From assembly GCA_046292385.1 (NCBI GenBank), contig JBKBRF010000029.1, positions 30,089 through 94,088 on the forward strand: a DNA stretch of 64,000 nucleotides, given 5' to 3'. Numbering within the stretch: position 1 is the stretch's first letter; each line of letters opens with the position of its first letter. The stretch is from Armatimonadota bacterium (GTDB lineage: Bacteria; Armatimonadota; SYMT01). The notes beneath the pieces were generated by a model. The model saw only the letters and a list, made by a program, of their open reading frames with translations. It did not search any database and was not told the origin of the DNA. A program made the translations under genes and the position numbers. Positions 18,843 through 27,050 of this stretch are shown piece after piece.

Positions 18843-19916
18843 GTGGCTGCGGTAGGCGAGAGCGGCGCGGTCGGCCGGCTGCGGGCCACCTGGGAGCAGC
18901 TCGAGAATCCGGTGATGGGGCGCGAATTCCGCAGCCGGATGCGGGGCGCGCGCAGCTATCTGATCACCGGGGGCTACACCGTGCTGGTCTCGGCGATCGT
19001 GCTCATCGTCTACTGGGCGCTCACGGTCGGCGGCCCCACCCAGCTCACCCAGATGAACCAGCGGGCGGCGGAGGTGGGCCGCGGCATCTGGCTCTGGGGC
19101 TGCGTGGTGCAGGCGTGCCTCCTGCCGCTGATGGTGCCGGCATTCACCTGCGGGGCGATCACCCTGGAACGGGAGCGGGAGATGCTGGAGCTGCTGCTGC
19201 TGACCCGGCAGAGCGCCCTGCAGATCTGCCTCGGCAAGCTCGCGAGCGGGGTAGGGCTCGGACTGATCCTGATCGCCGCCTCCGTGCCGGTTCTCTCGAT
19301 CTCGCTGATTCTCGGTGGCGTGGCCCCACACGAGATCCTCGCCTGCATCTCGGTGCTCGCCGCCTCGGTGGTCGTCAGCGGCGCGCTCGGGCTCGTCATG
19401 TCGTCCCTGGCGCCGCGGACGGTGGTGGCAACCGCGCTCACTTACCTGGTGGTCGGCTCCGGAATGCTCGGCATGCCGTTCCTGCTTGCGGTCCTGGGGG
19501 CGGCGAACAGCGCCTCGATGAACGGCTCCGAGCTCGGCATCCTCGCCATGCTGCTCGCGCTAATCCTCGCCTCGTTCGCGCCGGGCGTGGCGGTGGGAAT
19601 CGGCATCCTGACGCTCCAGGCGCGGCGCACCGGGAAGAGTCCCGAGCGGTATCAGGTGATCGGCACCGTCGGGGCGAGCTGGGCGCTGCTGCTCGGTACG
19701 CTCTACCTGCCGGGAATGTCCGAGCTGTTGATGCATGGCAGCGCGCTCCTGTTTCTGCACCCGGTGATGACGATCCACGGCCTGATGGAGCCGGGTTCAG
19801 CCTTCCGGTCCTGGGCGCCGATGGAGTGGCTCGTCTGCACGGTCGTCTATCTCGGCGCCGCCGTCGGGTTCACCTACCTCGCTATCCTGCGCGTCCACCG
19901 CATGCGCGCCGCTTGA
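18843..19916 (+). CDS. ABC-2 type permease
   Basis: NPVMGREFRSRMRG and GAITLEREREMLELL; paralog of the preceding gene. Confidence 0.88.
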   Translation: MAAVGESGAVGRLRATWEQLENPVMGREFRSRMRGARSYLITGGYTVLVSAIVLIVYWALTVGGPTQLTQMNQRAAEVGRGIWLWGCVVQACLLPLMVPAFTCGAITLEREREMLELLLLTRQSALQICLGKLASGVGLGLILIAASVPVLSISLILGGVAPHEILACISVLAASVVVSGALGLVMSSLAPRTVVATALTYLVVGSGMLGMPFLLAVLGAANSASMNGSELGILAMLLALILASFAPGVAVGIGILTLQARRTGKSPERYQVIGTVGASWALLLGTLYLPGMSELLMHGSALLFLHPVMTIHGLMEPGSAFRSWAPMEWLVCTVVYLGAAVGFTYLAILRVHRMRAA

Positions 19917-19926
19917 ATCCGTCGCG

Positions 19927-20004
19927 GTTGTTGGCAGGTTGCAGGTTTCAAGTACCGAAACCCCACCGCCGGCGGGTCTCAACCTGCAACCTGCAACCTG
20001 CAAC
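19927..20004. repeat. Inverted pair of CAACCTG heptamer arrays between convergent genes
   Basis: Left GCAGGTTGCAGGTT; right (CAACCTG)x3 CAAC at 19980-20004. Confidence 0.8.
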
Positions 20005-20011
20005 ACCCGGT

Positions 20012-21328
20012 CTATTCGTGGCGAAGGGCCTGGATCGGGTCGAGGGCGGAAGCCTTCACCGCCGGGTAGAGCCCGAAGAAGACGCCGACCAGCACGGAGA
20101 AGGTGAAGCTGATGATGATCGGCGCGGCCGAGAGCTGCATCGGGAAGCCGAGGCCGCCTTCGGAGGCGGGGGAGCCCATCCAGAGCGCCACGCCGATGGC
20201 GATCCCGATCCCGAGCAGACCGCCGAACACGCTGAGCGTGATCGACTCAATCAGGAACTGGTAGAGAATGTCCCGCCGCTTGGCGCCGATCGCTTTCCGG
20301 ATGCCGATCTCGCGGGTCCGCTCGGTCACGGAGACGAGCATGATGTTCATGATCCCGATGCCGCCGACGATCAGCGAGACCATCGCGACGCCGGAGAGCA
20401 GCATGGTGAGGAAGCCGCTCTGCTCGTTGGCACTCTCCATCAGGTCCTTCTGGTTGTGGACCCGGATCGGCGGATCGTCGTACGCCCCCAGCTTGTGGAT
20501 GCGGTAGTAGGCCGCCATGACCTGTTCTTCGGCGGCGATCATGCGCTCCGCGGAGACTGCCTGGACGCTCATCGCATTCAGGTACCGCTCGCCGAAGATC
20601 CGGCGCATGGCGGTGGTGGTCGGGATCGTCACCTGGTCATCCGGGTTCCGGAACGCCATGCCGCCGCGCTCCTGCGCGACGCCGACGACCAGGAAGTTCT
20701 GCCCGTTGATCTTGATGCTCTTCCCCACGGGCTGGCGCTCACCGAACAGCTCTTCCCGGATCTGGTGCCCGATCACGGCCACCTTCGCCCTCGACTCTAC
20801 TTCCTTCATCGTGAAGTAGCGGCCGTCGGCAAGCGGCAGGTTGCGGATCTCGAAGTAGTTGGGATAGGCGCCGTAGATCGTCGTACGGGTGTTGTTGTTC
20901 CCGAACTTGACGGTACCGTTACCCCGGTACTCCGGAGAGATCCGCACGACGTCCGGACACATCTTGAGGAGCTGGTCGGCGTGCTCGATCTCCATCGACT
21001 GCCGGGTCCCCGCCTCACCCTTCACGCCCGCGGAGCGCTGCGCCTCCGGGCGGACGGTGAGCACGTTGGTGCCCATTTTCTGGATCGCTTCGGCGGTCGC
21101 GGCCGCGGCCCCCTCACCCAGCGCCACCATCACGATCACGGCGGCGACCCCGATGATCACGCCGAGCATCGTGAGGATCGACCGCAGCGGGTTGGAGATG
21201 AGGCCCTGCCACGCGACGTGGAACGCCTCCACGATGCTGAGACCCCCGCGGTGGCGGAAGTTCGGGACCTTAGGGAGAACGGGCGTGTGGGCTTTGTCGC
21301 GGAGCGAGCTGGGGTGGATTCCTTCCAT
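20012..21328 (-). CDS. MacB/FtsX-family ABC permease
   Basis: RSILTMLGVIIGVAAV, GGIGIMNIMLVSVTERTREIGIRKAIGA, LDPIQALRHE. Confidence 0.93.
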   Translation of the reverse strand: MEGIHPSSLRDKAHTPVLPKVPNFRHRGGLSIVEAFHVAWQGLISNPLRSILTMLGVIIGVAAVIVMVALGEGAAAATAEAIQKMGTNVLTVRPEAQRSAGVKGEAGTRQSMEIEHADQLLKMCPDVVRISPEYRGNGTVKFGNNNTRTTIYGAYPNYFEIRNLPLADGRYFTMKEVESRAKVAVIGHQIREELFGERQPVGKSIKINGQNFLVVGVAQERGGMAFRNPDDQVTIPTTTAMRRIFGERYLNAMSVQAVSAERMIAAEEQVMAAYYRIHKLGAYDDPPIRVHNQKDLMESANEQSGFLTMLLSGVAMVSLIVGGIGIMNIMLVSVTERTREIGIRKAIGAKRRDILYQFLIESITLSVFGGLLGIGIAIGVALWMGSPASEGGLGFPMQLSAAPIIISFTFSVLVGVFFGLYPAVKASALDPIQALRHE

Positions 21329-21623
21329 ACAGGTCTATTCGACACCGGCGAGCCGTGTTCCACGTCCGCTTTCCGCTGCGGTTTCCTTGGGCCGGTGCTG
21401 CCTCGCGCTCAATCTTCGCTCAACCAACCCGCCTGTCACGGTGCGTATGTGATTTCAGTTCGTTACTGGCGCAACCAGTTGGTGGTCCGATCCGTATGTT
21501 ATGGAAGTGGCTCTCCGTTCCCGAAGACGGCAGCACGGCCAGCCGGGCGAGTACCCTCCGGATGTCCTGCACGCAACCGCTGCGCCGGTGGCCGGAGCCG
21601 ACCCTCGGATGAAAGGTTTTGCG

Positions 21624-22319
21624 ATGAGATCCCTCCTGACCCCGCGCCGCGCCGCCGTCGGCGTGGCTGCCGCTGCCGTGGCAGCCGGCGCCCTGCTGAG
21701 CCAGCGAGAAGTGCCCGCTGCTCCCACGGTTAAGCTGCCGGCGCCGACCGGCCGGATCGCCTACCAGATCAAGAGCAGCTTCATGAATGGCTCCGCCACG
21801 CTCGCCTGGGCCGAGTCCGGGAAGCGGTTCCGCCAGGACATGGACATGAAGACCTCCTTCCCCGGCGCTCCGAAGGGCCAGGCTCCGCAGTCGATCAAAG
21901 GCTGGGCGATCTCGGACGGAACCTACCTCTACATGCACCAGGCGAACCAGGGCAAGACCGTCAAGCGGATCAAGATGCAGGGCAACACCAACCCCTTCGC
22001 TTCGATGATGCCGATGGGCGGGCAGGTCGGGAATGCCGGAAAGGTGGTCGGTAAAGCGACCGTGCTCGGTAAGCCGTGCCAGATCCGCGAGGCTGGGGGA
22101 GCCAAAGCGTGGGTGTGGAACGGCCTGCCGCTCAAGGTCGAGGTCGCGGGGCCGCAGCAGGGCGGCGTCCAGCTGAACATGAACATGACCGCCACCAAGC
22201 TGGAGACCGCCCCGAAGTTCGCCGCCAACCACTTCAAGGTTCCGAGCGGCTACAAGATCGAGGAAGTGAAGCCGCGGCCGCTTCCGGCAGGTCCCAGGCC
22301 CGGCGCTCCCAAGAAGTAG
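21624..22319 (+). CDS. Exported protein (DUF4412-like)
   Basis: Signal/anchor sequence; GKATVLGKPC, AWVWNGLPLK, HFKVPSGYK. Confidence 0.65.
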   Translation: MRSLLTPRRAAVGVAAAAVAAGALLSQREVPAAPTVKLPAPTGRIAYQIKSSFMNGSATLAWAESGKRFRQDMDMKTSFPGAPKGQAPQSIKGWAISDGTYLYMHQANQGKTVKRIKMQGNTNPFASMMPMGGQVGNAGKVVGKATVLGKPCQIREAGGAKAWVWNGLPLKVEVAGPQQGGVQLNMNMTATKLETAPKFAANHFKVPSGYKIEEVKPRPLPAGPRPGAPKK

Positions 22320-22433
22320 CGCCCCAGCTGCCGGCCAGGTGCACGCGAGGCAGACACCTGGCCGGCGGCCCCCTTCCCCATCCGGTCCGCCCGGCTCCGG
22401 TCGAACCGCCGCCGGACGGCGCACAATGGAGGC

Positions 22434-23477
22434 GTGAACCTCTACCGCCTCCTCTTCCCGCTCATCCGCCGCCTCGATCCGGAGTCGGCTCACCACCTCG
22501 TCCTGCGCCTGCTCGGCGCCGCCCAGCGCTCCTCCCCCGGGCGCGCGCTGCTGCGCCGCATGGCCGGCCCCACGCCGGAAGACCCGGTCGCGCTCTTCGG
22601 GCTGCGCTTTCCGAACCGCGTGGGAGTCGCCGCCGGGTTCGACAAGGACGTCCACATGGCGGAGGGCCTGGGCCTGCTCGGCTTCGGGCACGTGGAGGTC
22701 GGCACGCTCACCCCGCGGCCGCAGCCGGGAAACCCGCGCCCGCGCATCTTCCGCCTGGCGGACGACCGCGCCATCATCAACCGGATGGGCTTCCCCAACT
22801 GCGGCGTGGAGGCCGCGCTGCCGCGGCTTCGGGCACTCGACCGGGAGCGGCGACGGTTCGTGCTGGGGGTCAGCCTGGGGAAGCAGAAGGAGACCCCGCT
22901 GGAGCGGGCCGCGGACGATTACCTCGCCGTGATGCGCTCGGTCTACCCGTACGCGGACTACCTGGCGGTGAACATCAGCTCCCCCAACACGCCGGACCTC
23001 CGCGCGCTGCAAGGCGACGTCTACCTGCGCGACCTGCTGTCGCAGCTCCAGACCGAAAGCGAGGTGCTGGCGCGGGCTTCGGCAGCGGCGGCGCGGCCGC
23101 TCCTGGTTAAGATCGCGCCGGACCTCACCTGGGACGAGCTGGACCGGATTCTCGCGATCGCGCTGGAGACCGGAGTCGCGGGCCTCATCGCCACCAACAC
23201 CACCCTCTCCCGGGAGGGACTGACCGACCCGCGAAAGACCGAGACCGGTGGGATGAGCGGGCAGCCCCTTCTGGCGCGGAGCACGGAGATCGTCGCGCAC
23301 ATCCACCGCCAGACCGGGGGCCGGCTGCCGGTGATCGGAGTGGGCGGGATCTTCTCCGCGGACGACGCGCGGAAGAAGCTCGACGCGGGGGCCTCCCTGG
23401 TGCAGGTTTATACCGGCCTCGTGTATGAAGGACCGGGGATCGCCGGGACGATCCTCCGGGGACTGTGCCGCCGTTGA
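22434..23477 (+). CDS. pyrD: Quinone-dependent dihydroorotate dehydrogenase (class 2)
   Basis: AAGFDK, QPGNPRPRIFRL, INRMGFPN, NISSPNT, VKIAPDL, GGMSG. Confidence 0.97.
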   Translation: MNLYRLLFPLIRRLDPESAHHLVLRLLGAAQRSSPGRALLRRMAGPTPEDPVALFGLRFPNRVGVAAGFDKDVHMAEGLGLLGFGHVEVGTLTPRPQPGNPRPRIFRLADDRAIINRMGFPNCGVEAALPRLRALDRERRRFVLGVSLGKQKETPLERAADDYLAVMRSVYPYADYLAVNISSPNTPDLRALQGDVYLRDLLSQLQTESEVLARASAAAARPLLVKIAPDLTWDELDRILAIALETGVAGLIATNTTLSREGLTDPRKTETGGMSGQPLLARSTEIVAHIHRQTGGRLPVIGVGGIFSADDARKKLDAGASLVQVYTGLVYEGPGIAGTILRGLCRR

Positions 23478-23582
23478 TCCTCGATAGCCAGATGTAAGCG
23501 GGCACTCGCCCCGTCAGCGCGTCAGCCGCTCTTAAAGCGGGCAAGCTGTAGGAGGAAGCTCCAGGGGAGGAAGAGACCAGGT

Positions 23583-24428
23583 ATGCCGTTACGCACTATT
23601 CTGCTCGCCACGGACGGCTCCGCGGGAGCCCAGGCGGCCGCCAGACAGGTCGCGGAGCTGCCGCTCGAGTCCGACGCGCTGGTCACCCTGCTCTGCGTGC
23701 AGGAAGATCCGGAACACGACCCGAGCCGCGTGCTCGCCGAAACGGCCGAGCTGTTCCGCTACAGCACGGCGGCCCTGAAACGGGACACCGAGACCGGCCA
23801 TCCCGCGGAGACGATCCTCCGAGTAGCCGACGAGCTGCATCCGGACCTGCTGGTGCTGGGGGCGAGCGGTCGCTCCGGTATCGCCCGGTTCTTCCTCGGG
23901 AGCGTCTCCGAGCGAGTGGCCCGGCACGCGCAGTGTCCGGTCCTGGTAGCCCGCGGCGGCGACGGCCCGATCGGCCGCGTGATCGTGGGGATCGACGAGT
24001 CGGAGACCGCGGACCGGCTGGTGCCCTGGCTGGCCGACCTTCCCCTGCCGGCGGAGAGTGAGCTGCGGCTGGTGACGCTGATCCCGAACCTCCACGCCAT
24101 GGCGGCGGAGCGGATGTCCGTGGCCCCACCGCTCAGCGAGGCGCCGGAGGCGATGTCCGACTGGATGCGAGACCGCGCCCAGGAGCGGCTGTCGGCGCTC
24201 GCCGCCGGGATGAGGGCGAGGGGCCGCCGCGCCGCCACCGAGATCCGCTCCGGGGATCCGGCCCGGGGGTTGATGACGATCGCTTCCGATGAAAGCGCGG
24301 GGCTGCTCGTGATCGGCGCCGGCGCCGAGGGCGCGCTGGAGCGGTTCCTGCTCGGCAGCGTGAGCGAGCGAGTCGTGCGCCACGCCCCGTGCTCGGTGCT
24401 CGTGTTCCGTCCCGCCGTTGGCCGCTGA
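23583..24428 (+). CDS. Universal stress protein (tandem Usp domains)
   Basis: ILLATDGS; two copies of FLGSVSERV..HA.C.VLV. Confidence 0.93.
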   Translation: MPLRTILLATDGSAGAQAAARQVAELPLESDALVTLLCVQEDPEHDPSRVLAETAELFRYSTAALKRDTETGHPAETILRVADELHPDLLVLGASGRSGIARFFLGSVSERVARHAQCPVLVARGGDGPIGRVIVGIDESETADRLVPWLADLPLPAESELRLVTLIPNLHAMAAERMSVAPPLSEAPEAMSDWMRDRAQERLSALAAGMRARGRRAATEIRSGDPARGLMTIASDESAGLLVIGAGAEGALERFLLGSVSERVVRHAPCSVLVFRPAVGR

Positions 24429-24486
24429 AACCTAAAGATTCGGTGCGACACGAAGCAGGCAAGTGCTCGTCCTGAGATATAGGTAG

Positions 24487-24509
24487 AAGTGGTACGGGTT
24501 CTACCAGTT
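24487..24509. promoter_or_regulatory. Candidate Rrf2 operator (23-bp imperfect inverted repeat)
   Basis: AAGTGGTA-CGGGTTC-TACCAGTT, 5 nt upstream of the Rrf2 ATG. Confidence 0.5.
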
Positions 24510-24514
24510 TAAAG

Positions 24515-24955
24515 ATGATCCGCCTCAACCTCTCCACTGACTACGCCCTGCGCACGCTGCTGTTCCTCGCGTCGCGACCCGGCGGCCACTGCTCCACCCG
24601 CGAGGTGGCGGAGTTCTACGAGATCTCCGCCGACCACGTGAGCAAGGTGGTCCAGACCCTGGCGCGCGCCGGGGTGGTACGGGCGGAGCGGGGTCGCGGC
24701 GGCGGCATCCGGCTCGCCCGGAAGCCTGCCGACGTGACCGTGGGAGAGATCGTGGAGCTGTTCGAGGGACCGGTGGCGCTGCTGGCGTGCGTGAACACGG
24801 ACGACGTCTGCACCATCCAGCCCTCGTGCCGGCTGCGCCTCATCCTCGACGACGCGGGCCGTCAGCTTATCCTGCGGCTCAGACAGGTGACCTTGAGTGA
24901 CCTGGCTGTGCCGGAGCCGGCGGCGCTGATCCAGTTAGAACCTGCTGCTAAGTAG
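24515..24955 (+). CDS. Rrf2-family transcriptional regulator (NsrR-like, three Cys)
   Basis: TDYALRTL, HVSKVVQTL, RGRGGGIRLA, C-x6-C-x5-C. Confidence 0.92.
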   Translation: MIRLNLSTDYALRTLLFLASRPGGHCSTREVAEFYEISADHVSKVVQTLARAGVVRAERGRGGGIRLARKPADVTVGEIVELFEGPVALLACVNTDDVCTIQPSCRLRLILDDAGRQLILRLRQVTLSDLAVPEPAALIQLEPAAK

Positions 24956-25029
24956 TCCATTACTCCCGACCGCCGGCGACCGAGTCGGCGCTCCTGCCGG
25001 GTTTTCCCGGAAGCACTGGAACCGATGCC

Positions 25030-25548
25030 ATGAAGAAGAACCTCGCTCCCCTGTTTGTCTCGGGCGCCGCGCTGGCGCTGGCGGGACTGATCGGACTCTC
25101 CGCCAACGCGCAGGATAAGAAGCCCCAGCCCGTCAAGATGTCGCTCGCCCAGGCGAAGCAGACGGTCACCATGCTGAACGACCTCTACGTGACCACCGTG
25201 GTCCTGACCCACGCCACCTACGTGAAGGACCGCAGCACGCCGGCCTCCGCGATCGTCGCCCGCAAGGTCTTCGACGCGATGGAAGAGAAGGGCTGGCCGC
25301 AGACCCGCTGGCTCAGCACCACCGGCCGGCCGTTCAACCCGGACTCCAACCCGAAGGACCAGTTCGAGAAGGACGCCGTCGCCGCGCTGAAGAAGGGCGA
25401 GAGCCGCTTCGAGCGCGTGGTGGACGGCAAGCTGCGCGTGGTAACGCTGGTGCCGCTGGTCGACAAGAGCTGCGGCATGTGCCACACCCGCGACAAGGTG
25501 GGAGACCCGATCGGTGGTCTCTCCTACACGATCAACCTCGCCCAGTAA
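25030..25548 (+). CDS. DUF3365 (Tll0287-like) exported c-type monoheme protein
   Basis: Signal peptide; NPDSNPKDQFEKDA; CGMCH; IGGLSY. Confidence 0.85.
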   Translation: MKKNLAPLFVSGAALALAGLIGLSANAQDKKPQPVKMSLAQAKQTVTMLNDLYVTTVVLTHATYVKDRSTPASAIVARKVFDAMEEKGWPQTRWLSTTGRPFNPDSNPKDQFEKDAVAALKKGESRFERVVDGKLRVVTLVPLVDKSCGMCHTRDKVGDPIGGLSYTINLAQ

Positions 25549-25601
25549 CGGGCACCTGCCGGGGCGGGGCTCCGGTCCCGCCCCTTCCGGAGGTTCACGC
25601 C

Positions 25602-26162
25602 ATGACCTCGCCGCTGACCCTCGCCCCCGGCCGCCTCACCCTCGTAGCCCTCACGGGCGCCTGTCTGCTCTTCCCGGCCGGCCTCGCCGCCGCGGGGAGC
25701 TCCGCCCCGGCCAAAGCAGCGCCGCCGCCCTCGCTGGCGGAAGCGAAGCGCCTGGTGCGGATGATGGACGACATCTACCAGGCCGGCGTGCTTTCCGCAC
25801 ACAAGATGTACGTGCAGGAGCCCGGCGTCCCCGCGGCGGTCACCTGGGCCAAGCAGGTGATCGGCCAGGTGAAAGAAAAGGGCTGGCCCGAGGCCCGCAT
25901 CTTCGCGACCACCGACCGGATCCTCAACCCGGAGAACAAGATCGAGACCGCTTTCGAGCGCGAAGCCGCCGCCGCCTTCCGTAAGGGGATGCCGCGCTTC
26001 GAGAAGATCGATGGCGACGTGCTCCGCTACGCCACGGAGATCCGCGTGGTCGACCAGGCCTGCATCTCCTGCCACAACAAGGAGAAGATCGGCGACCTCC
26101 TGGGCGGCGTGAGTTACCAGATCCGCTTTGCACAAGAGGGGAAGCCGAAAGCCCAGAGATGA
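25602..26162 (+). CDS. DUF3365 (Tll0287-like) exported c-type monoheme protein, paralog
   Basis: Signal peptide; NPENKIETAFERE; CISCH; LGGVSY; GGAGG RBS before ATG 25602. Confidence 0.85.
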   Translation: MTSPLTLAPGRLTLVALTGACLLFPAGLAAAGSSAPAKAAPPPSLAEAKRLVRMMDDIYQAGVLSAHKMYVQEPGVPAAVTWAKQVIGQVKEKGWPEARIFATTDRILNPENKIETAFEREAAAAFRKGMPRFEKIDGDVLRYATEIRVVDQACISCHNKEKIGDLLGGVSYQIRFAQEGKPKAQR

Positions 26163-26268
26163 AAGACGCGCACCCGGGTGCGTGATCGGTGTGAGCGGGC
26201 CGGGGGGAGACCTCCGGCCATTGTCGTCTCAGCGGCAGAGATCCTTCCGTGGAAGGGCCGGTTCGGCC

Positions 26269-26298
26269 TTCATCCCTCATCCCTCATCCTTCATCCCT
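26269..26298. repeat. Heptamer array (CATCCCT/CATCCTT)x4
   Basis: TT CATCCCT CATCCCT CATCCTT CATCCCT. Confidence 0.8.
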
Positions 26299-26384
26299 CT
26301 GAAATCCCGCGACTCCTTTTCCGCTCCGCGTCGAACCTATGCATGGACGCGTCTTGAGGTACGGAAAACGACAAGGAGCTCGCG

Positions 26385-27050
26385 GTGACCGAGCAGCTTC
26401 ATACGGCACCTCCCGGCGAGGACGACTGGCTCCGCGCGCTCCGGCGGCGAGAGCCGTGGGCGTGGGACCGCCTGCAGCGCGAGACGTTGGACGCGGTGTA
26501 CGGCTACCTGCGCCTGCGGTGCCGCCGGCGTGAGGACGCGGAGGACCTGGCCGCCGAGGTCTACGCCGCGGCGGTCGCCTCGATCGACGGATTCCGCGGC
26601 GACGCGCGGCCGGAGGTCTGGCTCATCGGGATCGCCCGGCGCAAGCTGATCGACGCCTTCCGGCGCCGGCAGCGGAGGCCGGAGGTGCTGGAGAGCGATC
26701 TTCCGGAGCCGGTCTTCTACGCGGAAGACCGGTCCGGCCGGGCGGTCTCTCCGGAGACCGCGCTGGAGCAGAAGGAGCGCCTCGCCACGGTGCGGGCGGC
26801 CGTGCTCCAACTGCCGGAAGCGCAGCGCGAGGTGCTCTGGCTGCGCTGCGTAGACCAGCTCTCTCTCGCCGAAACCGCCGCCGTTCTGCGCCGCACGGAG
26901 AACGCCGTGAAAGGCCTCATCCGCCGGGCGCGGCTCGCCGTGCTGGAGCGGCTCGCCGCCGACAGTGCTCCCCAACTTGAGACCATGGAGACTTCCCATG
27001 TGGAGCCCTCGCTTTCGCCTGTGGTTCCGGCCGGACGCTCCCGCGAGTGA
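26385..27050 (+). CDS. ECF RNA polymerase sigma factor
   Basis: DAEDLAAEVY, WLIGIARRKLID, LPEAQREVL, LSLAETAAVL...AVKGLIRRAR. Confidence 0.92.
   Translation: MTEQLHTAPPGEDDWLRALRRREPWAWDRLQRETLDAVYGYLRLRCRRREDAEDLAAEVYAAAVASIDGFRGDARPEVWLIGIARRKLIDAFRRRQRRPEVLESDLPEPVFYAEDRSGRAVSPETALEQKERLATVRAAVLQLPEAQREVLWLRCVDQLSLAETAAVLRRTENAVKGLIRRARLAVLERLAADSAPQLETMETSHVEPSLSPVVPAGRSRE

Noticed and set aside
21330..21620. Long divergent intergenic region, possible riboswitch
   Set aside because: No riboswitch consensus or repeat structure that I could identify
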